From contig CACWLP010000002.1 of the NCBI GenBank assembly GCA_902761755.1, positions 26,935 through 90,934 of the forward strand: a DNA stretch of 64,000 bases. Reading direction: 5' to 3'. Below the pieces are notes generated by a model. It was not told the DNA's origin. It worked only from the letters and a program-made list of their open reading frames with translations, and did not search any database. The translations under genes were made by a program, and so were the position numbers. Each line of letters begins with the position of its first letter. The stretch's first letter is position 1. The stretch comes from an uncultured Eubacteriales bacterium. GTDB lineage: Bacteria; Bacillota; Clostridia; Christensenellales; Aristaeellaceae. Below, piece after piece: positions 55,578-64,000 of this stretch.

Positions 55578-56132
55578 GTGCGCGAATTCAAGGGCGTAAG
55601 GCAGATCGCGGGCGGGTTTCTCAAAAAGTACGAGCTGACCTACGACGCGGACGGCCGGGAAGTGAAATGGGAGGTGATCTCCCTTAACGACCTGCAATCG
55701 GAAAAGGACCTGGCCTCAAACCTGACGGCGGTGGAGCTGATCGCCCGGTTTCCGGACGGGGATTATCTGCTCTGCCGGGAATTCCGCTTCGCGGTGAACG
55801 ATTTCGTGTGGGAATTTCCCACCGGCATGATCGAAAAGGGCGAAAGCCCCGAGGACGCCGCCCGGCGGGAACTCAGGGAAGAAACGGGGCTGGAGCTGGT
55901 CCGGGTGGACCGGGCGCTGCCGAAGTGCTGCTACAGCGTGGGGCTGACGGACCAGATCATCGTGCCCCTGATCGTTACCGTCCGGGGCGAAATGCGGGAG
56001 TGCAACGACGCGTATGAAGCGATCCGGCCCTGCAAGCTGTCCCCGGCGCGGGTGCGGGCGCTGCTGCGGGACCCCGAGCTGAAAATGACGGAAACGTGCC
56101 TGATGTATCTGGCCGGGGCGCTGGGGGAGTGA
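55578..56132 (+). CDS. NUDIX hydrolase (ADP-ribose pyrophosphatase-like)
   Basis: GTG is 8 nt after AAAAGGAGG. Nudix box GMIEKGESPEDAARRELREETGL. An alternative ATG lies at 55551. Confidence 0.8.
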   Translation: MREFKGVRQIAGGFLKKYELTYDADGREVKWEVISLNDLQSEKDLASNLTAVELIARFPDGDYLLCREFRFAVNDFVWEFPTGMIEKGESPEDAARRELREETGLELVRVDRALPKCCYSVGLTDQIIVPLIVTVRGEMRECNDAYEAIRPCKLSPARVRALLRDPELKMTETCLMYLAGALGE

Positions 56133-56137
56133 AGGAA

Positions 56138-56839
56138 ATGGGAAACAGCCTGCTGATTTCCGCCTGCAACTGCCGGGACCTGGGCGGCCATCAGGGCGCG
56201 GACGGGCGGATCACGGCCTATGGCCGCTTCTGGCGCAGCGACGCGCCCCGGGGAAACGCGGATGCGGACGCGGAAACGCTGCTGCGCCACGGCATGGATA
56301 CCGTGATCGACCTGCGGACGGCGGAGGAAGCGGAAAAATCGCCGGATCCCCTGGCGGTGCAGGAGGGCTTTCGCTATCGCCTGCTCTCCGTTGACGAGGG
56401 CAGCGCGCCGCCCGCCCGGGCCGAGGACGTGCCGGACAGCTATATGGCCATCGCGGCGGCGGCCGTGATGCCCGACGTGTACCGCTGCCTGGCGGAGGCT
56501 CCCCGGGGTGTCCTGTTCCACTGCACCGCGGGGAAGGACCGGTCCGGGGTGGTGAGTGCCGTCCTGCTGCTGCACGCCGGCGTGGGCGACGGGGAGATCA
56601 TTGCGGATTACGTGCTCAGCAGGGAAAACAACCGAGAAAGGCTGGAGGCGTTCCTGGCGGCCCACCCGGAGGTGGACAGAAACACGGTGCTGGCCCGGGA
56701 GGAGAGCATGGAAGGTTTCCTGCGCCTGTTCCGGGAAAGGTACGGCGGCACGGACGGTTATTTCCGGGCTCTGGGGCTGCCGGAGGAGACCGGCCGGGCC
56801 CTGCGGCGGAAGCTGCTTTGCAAAGAAAACGGATTCTGA
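56138..56839 (+). CDS. Protein-tyrosine-phosphatase-like protein (CX5R active site)
   Basis: HCTAGKDRSG P-loop. NCRDLGG near the N-terminus is typical of the Y_phosphatase3-type family. Confidence 0.75.
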   Translation: MGNSLLISACNCRDLGGHQGADGRITAYGRFWRSDAPRGNADADAETLLRHGMDTVIDLRTAEEAEKSPDPLAVQEGFRYRLLSVDEGSAPPARAEDVPDSYMAIAAAAVMPDVYRCLAEAPRGVLFHCTAGKDRSGVVSAVLLLHAGVGDGEIIADYVLSRENNRERLEAFLAAHPEVDRNTVLAREESMEGFLRLFRERYGGTDGYFRALGLPEETGRALRRKLLCKENGF

Positions 56840-56866
56840 GACGAACTCAGAATCCGTTTGTTTTTG
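56827..56866. terminator. Bidirectional terminator between the phosphatase gene and leuS
   Basis: AAACGGATTCTGAG acgaa CTCAGAATCCGTTT, followed by GTTTTTGG. The stem includes the phosphatase stop codon. Confidence 0.8.
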
Positions 56867-56873
56867 GCGGGAT

Positions 56874-59294
56874 TTATTTGACCACCAGGTTCAGCAGCCG
56901 GCCGGGAACGTAGATGCACTTGACGATCTGCTTATCGCCCACCAGGGCCTTGACTGCATCCAGCCGGGGCAGCTCCTCCTGGGCGGCCTCGCGGGTGAGG
57001 GTGACGGGCACCATGAGCTTGCCCTTCACCTTGCCGTTCAGCTGCACCGCGATTTCCACCTCGTCCCGCACCAGGTACTTTTCATCGTACGCGGGCCATT
57101 TCTGGGTGTACACCGGGGCGCCGAAGCCCTGGCGCTCCCAGATTTCCTCGCAGATATGGGGCGCCACGGGATCCAGGAGCAGCAGCAGGGTCTTGTATTC
57201 GCCCTTGGTGACGCTGCCCTTCTGCACCAGCTCGTTCACCAGCGTCATCATCTGGGCGATGGCGGTGTTGAACTTCATTTTTTCGTAGTCCTCGCTGACC
57301 TTCTTGATGGTCTGGTGCATGGATACGCGCATGTCGTCGCTGAAATCCTCGCCGTCTGTGAGGGCGTCCTGCAGCCTCCACACCCGGTCCAGGAACTTGC
57401 GGCAGCCCCGGGCGCCGTTGGTGCTCCAGGGAATGGCCTGGTCGAAAGCGCCCATGAACATTTCATACATCCGGAAGGCGTCCGCGCCGATCTCGGCCAC
57501 CACCTCGTCGGGGTTGACCACGTTGCCGCGGCTCTTGCTCATTTTTTCGCCGTTTTCGCCCAGCACCATGCCGTGGCTGGTGCGCTTCATGTAAGGCTCG
57601 GGGCAGGAAACCGCGCCGATGTCGTAGAGGAACTGATGCCAGAAGCGGCTGTAAAGCAGATGCAGGGTGGTGTGCTCCATGCCGCCGTTGTACCAGTCCA
57701 CGGGCATCCAGTAATCCAGCGCTTCCTTGGAAGCCAGGGCCTGATCGTTATGCGGATCGCAGTAGCGCAGGAAATACCAGCTGCTGCCGGCCCACTGGGG
57801 CATGGTATCCGTTTCCCGTTTTGCGCTGCCGCCGCATTTGGGGCAGGTGCAGTTCACCCAGTCGGTCATCCGGGCGATGGGGCTTTCGCCGTCGTCGGTG
57901 GGCTCGTAATGCTCCACCTCGGGCAGCAGCAGGGGCAGATCCTTTTCGTCCATGGGCACCATGCCGCACCTGGGGCAGTGGATGATGGGGATGGGCTCGC
58001 CCCAGTAGCGCTGCCGGGCGAACACCCAGTCGCGCAGCTTATAATTCACCTTGCGCTCGCCCACGCCCTTTTCCGTCAGCCAGTCGGCGATCTTCTGCTT
58101 GGCGTCCGCCACGGAAAGGCCGTTGAGGAATTCGCTGTTGACCATCACGCCGGTCTGCACGTCGGGGAAGCATTCCTCCTGCACGTTCCTGCCGCCGGCC
58201 ACCACTTCGATGATGGGCAGGCCGAATTTCTTGGCAAATTCCCAGTCGCGCTCGTCGTGGGCGGGCACGGCCATGATGGCGCCGGTGCCGTAGGTCATCA
58301 GCACGTAATCGGAGATCCAGATGGGGATCTTTTTGCCGTTGACGGGATTCACGGCCCGGATGCCCTCGATCTGCACGCCGGTCTTGTCCTTGTTCATTTC
58401 GGTGCGCTCAAAATCGCTCTTGCGGGCGGCGGCGGCGCGGTATTCCATCAGGGCGTCGTAATTGGTGATCCGGTCCCGGAGCTTTTCGATCAGCGGATGC
58501 TCGGGGGAGAGCACCATGTAGGTGGCGCCAAAAAGGGTGTCCGGCCGGGTGGTGTACACCCGGATCTTTTCCTCCAGCCCGTCCAGGCGGAAATCCACCT
58601 CCGCGCCTTCGCTGCGGCCGATCCAGTTGCGCTGCTGGGTCTTGACCCGGTCGATAAAGTCCACGTGATCCAGCCCGTCCAGCAGCTTCTGGGCGTAGGC
58701 GGTGATCTTCAGCATCCACTGGTTCTTCACCTTGCGGATCACGGGGCTGCCGCACCGCTCGCACACGCCGTCCACCACTTCTTCGTTGGCCAGCACGCAC
58801 TTGCAGCTGGTGCACCAGTTGATGGGCATTTCGGTTTTGTAGGCCAGGCCGTGCTTGAACAGCTGCAGGAAGATCCACTGGGTCCATTTGTAATAGCCGG
58901 GATCGGTGGTGTTCACTTCCCGGGAATAATCGAAGGAGAAGCCCAGCTTCTGCAGCTGCGCCCGGAAATGCTCGATGTTGTCGTGGGTCACCTTGGCGGG
59001 ATGGATATGGTTTTTGATGGCATAGTTTTCGGTGGGCAGCCCGAAAGCGTCCCAGCCGATGCAGTGCAGCACGTTATAGCCCTCCATCCGGCGCTTGCGG
59101 GCCACCACGTCCAGGGCGGTGTAGGGCCGGGGATGGCCCACGTGCAGGCCCTGGCCGGAGGGATAGGGGAATTCGATCAGGGAGTAAAATTTCGGCTTGG
59201 TATGATCCTCCGAGGCGGCGAAGGCCTGGTGGTCCAGCCAATATTTCTGCCATTTGGGTTCGATCTGCGACGGATCGTAAGGCTGTACGGGCAT
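56874..59294 (-). CDS. leuS: Leucine--tRNA ligase
   Basis: The ATG at 59294 is 8 nt after [19 protein letters not shown] (HIGH motif), KMSKS present (EKMSKSRGN), editing domain, and zinc-type CPRCG/CPKCG. Confidence 0.95.
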   Translation of the reverse strand: MPVQPYDPSQIEPKWQKYWLDHQAFAASEDHTKPKFYSLIEFPYPSGQGLHVGHPRPYTALDVVARKRRMEGYNVLHCIGWDAFGLPTENYAIKNHIHPAKVTHDNIEHFRAQLQKLGFSFDYSREVNTTDPGYYKWTQWIFLQLFKHGLAYKTEMPINWCTSCKCVLANEEVVDGVCERCGSPVIRKVKNQWMLKITAYAQKLLDGLDHVDFIDRVKTQQRNWIGRSEGAEVDFRLDGLEEKIRVYTTRPDTLFGATYMVLSPEHPLIEKLRDRITNYDALMEYRAAAARKSDFERTEMNKDKTGVQIEGIRAVNPVNGKKIPIWISDYVLMTYGTGAIMAVPAHDERDWEFAKKFGLPIIEVVAGGRNVQEECFPDVQTGVMVNSEFLNGLSVADAKQKIADWLTEKGVGERKVNYKLRDWVFARQRYWGEPIPIIHCPRCGMVPMDEKDLPLLLPEVEHYEPTDDGESPIARMTDWVNCTCPKCGGSAKRETDTMPQWAGSSWYFLRYCDPHNDQALASKEALDYWMPVDWYNGGMEHTTLHLLYSRFWHQFLYDIGAVSCPEPYMKRTSHGMVLGENGEKMSKSRGNVVNPDEVVAEIGADAFRMYEMFMGAFDQAIPWSTNGARGCRKFLDRVWRLQDALTDGEDFSDDMRVSMHQTIKKVSEDYEKMKFNTAIAQMMTLVNELVQKGSVTKGEYKTLLLLLDPVAPHICEEIWERQGFGAPVYTQKWPAYDEKYLVRDEVEIAVQLNGKVKGKLMVPVTLTREAAQEELPRLDAVKALVGDKQIVKCIYVPGRLLNLVVK

Positions 59295-59327
59295 ACTGAT
59301 AGCCTCCTTCAAATCAATACGGTTCCC

Positions 59328-59356
59328 ATTATAAGCATTTCTCCGCGGTTTGTAAA
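59328..59356 (-). promoter_or_regulatory. Sigma-A-type promoter of leuS (short leader, no T-box)
   Basis: Minus strand: TTTACA (59356-59351), 17-nt spacer, TATAAT (59333-59328). Confidence 0.6.
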
Positions 59357-59478
59357 GGCCGGCAGGGCGTGAACAAAGCGTAAACTTTGCGAAAAAAGGC
59401 GGCCGGACGCATGGAAAAGGGGCGCTGATGTGTTATAATAATAAAATCAGACGCGCTGGGGGAAGGAGGGTATGGAAA

Positions 59479-60960
59479 ATGGCGGGAAAAGGGTGTATAA
59501 TGTTCCTGAAGCGGCGCTGGCCGATCCTGGCGCTGGCGGCGGCGGTTCTCGTCGCCGGGGCGCTGCTGCTGCGGCAGCCCGCGTCCCCCGCCGCGGCCTT
59601 CCGGGCGTACCCGGAAGGGCTGACGCAATGCGACGTGACGCTGCGGCTGGACGAGGATGCCCATACCCTGGCCGTTTCCGAAACCTTCCTGTACCGCAAC
59701 GATACCGGCGATTCCCTGGACCATCTGGTGCTGCGCACGTGGCTGAACGCCTTTGCAACGGAGGAAACCAGCCCCGCGGCCCTGGAGGAAACCTGGGATG
59801 CCTGTTACGTCGCCGGGTTCTCCCCGGGGTATCTTACGGTGTTCGACGTGATCTGGAAGGGGGAACGGGCGCAGTACGCCTATGTGAACGCGGACAGAAC
59901 AGCCCTGCGGGTGGAAATTCCGCCCCTGGAGGACGGGGAGGAAGGCACGCTGCTTTTCCGCTGCGTGGCGCAGCTGCCCCTGTGCGCCTACCGGACGGGC
60001 TATACCGACCGCACCTACCGCCTGGGCAACGTGATCCCGGTGCTGTCCCTGTACCGGGACGGACAGTGGCGCACCGAGGAATACGCCCCCATCGGGGATC
60101 CTTTCGTCAGCGCCTGCGCGGATTACACGGTGACGCTCCACGCGCCGGAGGGCCTGACGCCCGCCTGCTCCGCGCCCCTGGAAAAGGGGGAGGACGGGGC
60201 CTGGCGGGGAAGCATCCGCGCCGCCCGGGATCTGGCGCTGTGTCTGAGCGACGGGTATGTGCGGGCGGAAAAGACGGTGCGGGGCGTGAAGGTCCTCTCC
60301 TATGCCGACAGCCGGGAGGGAGCGGAGCGTGCGCTCGGCTATGTCTGCCGGGCGGTGGAAACCTTTACGGATCTCTACGGCGCCGCGCCGTATCCGGCGC
60401 TTTCCGTATGCCAGGCGGACGTGCCCTTCGGCGGGATGGAGTATCCGGGGCTGATGATGCTGGGGCGGCGGAATTATCTGGAGAGCCGGGCGGATACCCT
60501 GGAGCTCACCGCGGCCCACGAAACGGCGCATCAGTGGTTTTACGCCCTGGTGGGCAGCGATTCCTATTACGCGCCCTGGCAGGACGAAGGGATCTGCGAA
60601 TACGCCATGCTGCGCTACGTGCGGGCGCGCTACGGCCAGGGCAGCTGGGAAACGCTGAAGGCCGCCCGGGTGGACGCGCCCATGCAGGAAAACGTGCCCG
60701 GCAGCCTGACCCCCGGCAGCCCCGTGGATTATTTTCCGGATTACGATGCCTACACCTCGGTGGTGTACGGCCGGGGCGCGGCGCTGATGCTGGCGCTGGA
60801 CCGGTGGCTGCCGGAGGGCGCGGACGGGTTCCTGCGCGCCTATGCGGACGAATTTGCCTACGGCTTCGCTTCCCGCACGGATTTTGAAGCGTTCCTCTCC
60901 CGGTATGCGGGGATGGATGCGGGGCCGCTGCTGCTGGATTACCTGGATACCGCCCACTGA
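59479..60960 (+). CDS. M1-family (aminopeptidase N-like) zinc metallopeptidase with N-terminal membrane anchor
   Basis: HETAHQW (HExxH) plus downstream EGICEY, and GGMEYPGLMM (GxMEN-like). N-terminal TM helix WPILALAAAVLVAGALLL. The ATG at 59479 is about 9 nt after GGAAGGAGGG; alternatives at 59428 and 59500. Confidence 0.75.
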   Translation: MAGKGCIMFLKRRWPILALAAAVLVAGALLLRQPASPAAAFRAYPEGLTQCDVTLRLDEDAHTLAVSETFLYRNDTGDSLDHLVLRTWLNAFATEETSPAALEETWDACYVAGFSPGYLTVFDVIWKGERAQYAYVNADRTALRVEIPPLEDGEEGTLLFRCVAQLPLCAYRTGYTDRTYRLGNVIPVLSLYRDGQWRTEEYAPIGDPFVSACADYTVTLHAPEGLTPACSAPLEKGEDGAWRGSIRAARDLALCLSDGYVRAEKTVRGVKVLSYADSREGAERALGYVCRAVETFTDLYGAAPYPALSVCQADVPFGGMEYPGLMMLGRRNYLESRADTLELTAAHETAHQWFYALVGSDSYYAPWQDEGICEYAMLRYVRARYGQGSWETLKAARVDAPMQENVPGSLTPGSPVDYFPDYDAYTSVVYGRGAALMLALDRWLPEGADGFLRAYADEFAYGFASRTDFEAFLSRYAGMDAGPLLLDYLDTAH

Positions 60961-60988
60961 ACACGAAAGAGAAAGGATTCATTTTTCT

Positions 60989-62122
60989 ATGATACCGCAG
61001 GAATGCTGTGTGCTGATCCCCTCCCTTTCACCGGATGAAAAGCTGCCGGCCTATGTGCAGGAGCTGGCGGCGGCGGGATACGGCCTGGTGCTGGTGGTGG
61101 ATGATGGCTCCGCGGCGGAATACCAGCCGATTTTTGAGGAAATCGCCGGCTGGGAGAGATGCCGCGTGCTGCACCATGAGGTGAACCGGGGCAAAGGCGC
61201 GGCGCTGAAAACGGGCTTTGCGTACCTGAAGGACAATACGGATTTCAGCGGCGTCCTCACCGCGGATTCCGACGGGCAGCACACCGTGCCCGACACGCTG
61301 AAGCTGACGGCGGAAATGAGCGGAAAGCCGGAGGTGCTGCTGGGCAGCCGGGATTTTTCCCGGAGCAATCCCAACGTGCCGCCCAAATCCCGCTTCGGCA
61401 ACCGGATGACCTCCGGCGTGTTCCGGGTGCTTTACGGCCAGTGGCTGCCGGACACCCAGACGGGGCTGCGGGCCTTCCCCCGGGCGCTGATGGATTTCAT
61501 GGCCAACGTCAAGGGCGACCGGTTTGAATACGAAATGAACATGCTGATCCAGTGCAGCAACAGCCGGATCCCCATGCGGCCCGTCACCATCGAAACCATT
61601 TACGAGCAGGAGAACAAGGGCACCCACTTTCATCCCATCCGGGATTCCTGGCGGATCTATAAGCTGCTGCTGGGGAATTTCTTCCGCTTCATGTCCTCCT
61701 CCATCGTGTGCTGGCTGACGGATATCCTGCTTTTCACCCTGCTCAAGCACTGGAGCGCCCTCAAGGACCTGGAAAACTCCATGGGCTTCCTGCGCGCCCT
61801 GGCCATGAGCGCGGAGCCGGTGCTGCTGGCCACGGTCATTGCACGGGTGATTTCCGCGTCGCTGAATTTCAAGCTGAATCAGACGCTGGTGTTCAGCGTG
61901 AAAAAAGCGAAAGGCGCGGTGTGGCGCTATATCGTGCTGTGTGTGGGCGTGATGCTGGCCAGCGGCGTCGCGGTGGGCTTCCTGAAGGAGCATACGGGCA
62001 TCAATTCCACGGTGATCAAAATGGCGGTGGATTTCCTGCTGTTCTTCGTCAATTACCGCATTCAAAAGGCCTGGGTGTTCCCGGCGGAGCGTGCCGACGC
62101 CCTGAAAGGAGAAACGAAATGA
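60989..62122 (+). CDS. Family-2 glycosyltransferase fused to a GtrA-like membrane domain
   Basis: VLIPSLSPDE, VVDDGS and DSDGQH (DxD) in the GT2 part. The C-terminus has four TM helices ending in FVNYRIQKAWVF (GtrA pattern). Confidence 0.8.
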   Translation: MIPQECCVLIPSLSPDEKLPAYVQELAAAGYGLVLVVDDGSAAEYQPIFEEIAGWERCRVLHHEVNRGKGAALKTGFAYLKDNTDFSGVLTADSDGQHTVPDTLKLTAEMSGKPEVLLGSRDFSRSNPNVPPKSRFGNRMTSGVFRVLYGQWLPDTQTGLRAFPRALMDFMANVKGDRFEYEMNMLIQCSNSRIPMRPVTIETIYEQENKGTHFHPIRDSWRIYKLLLGNFFRFMSSSIVCWLTDILLFTLLKHWSALKDLENSMGFLRALAMSAEPVLLATVIARVISASLNFKLNQTLVFSVKKAKGAVWRYIVLCVGVMLASGVAVGFLKEHTGINSTVIKMAVDFLLFFVNYRIQKAWVFPAERADALKGETK

Positions 62123-63123
62123 AACTGGCTGTGAGGATCCTGCTTTCCGTGCTGTGCGCCGCGATGGTGCTGGCGATTCCCTTTACGGTATCCGCCCCGA
62201 ATCTGCTGGAGGACGCCAAATGGGAAATGATCGAGGTGCTGGACGCCGGGGAGGAGGAAGGGCTGCTGCGGCTGCTGTTCCCTGTCGCCTGCGCGGAGGA
62301 GGACGTGAGCTATTCCCTGCCCGTGGACAACAGCCCGGGCATGGTGCCCAACCCCGCGCTGTTCACCGAGGACGGATACGAGGATGATTCCATCCGCGTG
62401 CAGATGGAGACCCGGGAGGGACAAAACGGCCTGATCTGGCGCATCGCCTGGGTGGAAATCGCCTCCCCGACCCAGCTGCGCACCGGCTATGAGGGAAAGA
62501 ACGTCAAATCCGACAAAACCGAGCTGGTATCGGTGATGGCGCAGAAATACAACGCCGTGGTAGCCATCAACGGCGATAACTATTCCGCCGCGGGGGAGGA
62601 ACTGAAGCACTCCTTCATCATCCGCATGGGGGACGTGCGGCGCACCAAGACGAACGGCAAAAAAGACATCCTGATCATCGATGAAAACGGCGATTTCCAC
62701 ACCTTCATCAAATCCAAGGGCGCGGATACGTTCGAACGGGATACGGGCCATACCATCGTGAACGCCTTCATGTTCGGCCCCGCCCTGGTGCACGAGGGCG
62801 AAATCTCCACCGATCCGGGCTACGGCTACAACCCCAACGGGCATCAGCCCCGGGCGGCCATCGGCCAGCTGGACCGGCTCAGCTACGTTCTGGTGATCGC
62901 CGATAACCCCGCCGGCGCCGACGACCAGGGCGTCACCCATCGGGAACTGGCCGAATTCATGCAGGAGCTGGGCTGCCGGGAGGCCTATAACCTGGACGGC
63001 GGCAACAGCGCCGTTCTGGTGTTCAACGGCGAGATCTGCAACAACAAGGCGGGCCGCGAACGGGATATCACGGATCTGATCTATTTCGCCACGGCGGTTT
63101 CTCCGGAGGATTGGAACAAATGA
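62119..63123 (+). CDS. Phosphodiester glycosidase family (DUF2233/NAGPA-like) exported protein
   Basis: ATGA overlap with the upstream stop. N-terminal anchor MKLAVRILLSVLCAAMVLAIPF. AINGDNYS, PRAAIGQ and AYNLDGGNSAVLV. Confidence 0.7.
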   Translation: MKLAVRILLSVLCAAMVLAIPFTVSAPNLLEDAKWEMIEVLDAGEEEGLLRLLFPVACAEEDVSYSLPVDNSPGMVPNPALFTEDGYEDDSIRVQMETREGQNGLIWRIAWVEIASPTQLRTGYEGKNVKSDKTELVSVMAQKYNAVVAINGDNYSAAGEELKHSFIIRMGDVRRTKTNGKKDILIIDENGDFHTFIKSKGADTFERDTGHTIVNAFMFGPALVHEGEISTDPGYGYNPNGHQPRAAIGQLDRLSYVLVIADNPAGADDQGVTHRELAEFMQELGCREAYNLDGGNSAVLVFNGEICNNKAGRERDITDLIYFATAVSPEDWNK

Positions 63124-64000
63124 CCGTTTTGCGTGAGGATGCGGAAAAGATCTGGTTCTTAGGGGTAGAGGTGTACGCTTTCGGGCTGTACGTCTGCCTG
63201 GGGCTGGCCCTGGCCATGCTGGTGATGGGCGTGCTGGTGCGCAGGGGCAAAGGAAGATGGGCAAGCGGCACGGCGGCGCTGACGGGGGTGCTCTCAATCG
63301 GCATCGGGTTTCTGGTCAGCCGGCTGTTTTTCGGGCTCATGGACGGGATCGCCGGCCAGCCGATGCCCCTGTGGGCCCTGGTGCGCTTCAATTCGGGGGG
63401 CTATTCCATGATCGGAGCGCTGCTGGGCGCCTGCATGGGGGCGGTGCTGGCCGCCCGGATCACGCGTCAGCGCGCACCAAGGCTGCTGGACCTGCTGGCC
63501 CCGGCATTCCTGCTGTTCATCGCCTGCGAGCGGCTGGGGGAGGGGCACATCGAGGATTTCGGCGTCAGCCGGAAACTGACGGTGGACCTGCCGGAAAGCC
63601 TGTTCCTGGTGTCCGACGGGCGGCTGAACACCTACCTGCTGGAATCCTTCTCCGCGGTGGTGCTGGCCATCGTGCTGCTGCGGGATCTGAGCATGAAGCG
63701 CCGGGAGGGAGATACGTTCCTGGAATTCCTGCTGCTCTTCGGGGCGGTGCAGGTGCTGATGGAAAGCCTGCGCAAGGACGGGCACATGACGGTGAACGCC
63801 TTCGTGCGGCTGGAAATGATCCTGTCCATGATGCTGCTGGGCTGCGGCGTGATCGTGCTGTTCATCCGCAGCGTGAAGCGCAGGCCCGCGCTCTCCTGGG
63901 CGGCCTTAATTTCGGTTTTTGCGGCGGTGGGCCTGGGGGTCCTGATCGAGTTCAAGATCGACCGGTCCCAGATCAGCCATTATCTGCTCTACGCCGCGTT
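63120..64000 (+). CDS. Polytopic membrane protein, prolipoprotein diacylglyceryl transferase (Lgt)-like; 3' end outside the window
   Basis: The ATG overlaps the previous stop (ATGA), and the frame is open to the window end. It is not in the ORF track because no stop is reached. GGYSMIGALLGACMG and multiple TM helices fit the family. The Lgt assignment is tentative. Confidence 0.5.
   Translation, partial: MTVLREDAEKIWFLGVEVYAFGLYVCLGLALAMLVMGVLVRRGKGRWASGTAALTGVLSIGIGFLVSRLFFGLMDGIAGQPMPLWALVRFNSGGYSMIGALLGACMGAVLAARITRQRAPRLLDLLAPAFLLFIACERLGEGHIEDFGVSRKLTVDLPESLFLVSDGRLNTYLLESFSAVVLAIVLLRDLSMKRREGDTFLEFLLLFGAVQVLMESLRKDGHMTVNAFVRLEMILSMMLLGCGVIVLFIRSVKRRPALSWAALISVFAAVGLGVLIEFKIDRSQISHYLLYAA

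Noticed and set aside
59295-59430. An expected T-box leader upstream of leuS.
   Set aside because: The predicted promoter (59356-59328) leaves a leader of only about 30 nt. No GGGTGGTACCGCG-like T-box sequence, AGAGA bulge or terminator is present in the 135-nt intergenic region.
59472-60887. A 471-aa alternative-frame ORF overlaps the M1 peptidase gene. Its ATG sits directly after the best Shine-Dalgarno site.
   Set aside because: The product is low-complexity Gly/Arg/Pro/Ala sequence with no motif. The other frame carries HExxH, GxMEN-like and TM-anchor features. The ATG at 59479 in the peptidase frame is still within Shine-Dalgarno range.
1-64000. A search by eye for tRNA, rRNA, transposase, integrase, reverse transcriptase, restriction-modification, toxin-antitoxin or other defence modules.
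   Set aside because: I saw no GTTCGAATC-type T-arm motifs or rRNA-like stretches, and no DDE, tyrosine-recombinase or RT (YxDD) motifs in any plausible ORF. Absence by eye is not proof, and tRNAscan, Infernal and PADLOC/DefenseFinder runs would settle it.

Overview
The window is GC-rich (roughly two-thirds G+C by eye) and looks like chromosome from a spore-forming Clostridia-type Firmicute: spoVT, whiA, a T-box leader, Gram-positive-style Shine-Dalgarno sites and rho-independent terminators are all present. Most of it is housekeeping sequence. Recognisable genes include leuS, typA, murB, whiA, mutS2, zapA, ispE, rlmD and rsuA, plus peptidases and ABC transporters.

Three minus-strand leaders can be read directly from conserved motifs:
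- A cobalamin riboswitch precedes a BtuFCD-like importer.
- A tryptophan (UGG) T-box precedes a stand-alone TrpB2-like gene.
- A lysine riboswitch precedes a polar amino-acid ABC importer.

The left 12 kb is accessory-looking. It holds an AraC-type response regulator with no adjacent kinase, and three GH3 glycosidase paralogs: one intact, one 5'-truncated and one frameshifted in a G-run. Secreted beta-helix and CBM9-like proteins lie between the GH3 copies.

The observations I consider most worth follow-up are:
- A continuous ORF fuses an HPr/Crh-like domain (Ser46 region kept, His15 motif lost) to an AadA-like nucleotidyltransferase, directly after whiA.
- A family of ~370-bp intergenic elements has ~55-60-bp terminal inverted repeats made of paired GC hairpins. 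Two full copies and one degenerate copy are present, and the internal stems show compensatory changes.
- A 38-bp tandem array of palindromic REP-like units has an inverted sixth copy.
- A low-GC islet carrying a GNAT acetyltransferase is fused onto the end of rlmD.

I found no CRISPR array, rRNA, tRNA, transposase, integrase or recognisable defence system. The many very long ORFs antisense to real genes are rejected as GC-bias shadow ORFs. All family assignments come from motif recognition by eye, with no searches run. RNA-element and promoter coordinates are approximate, to about +/-10 nt.
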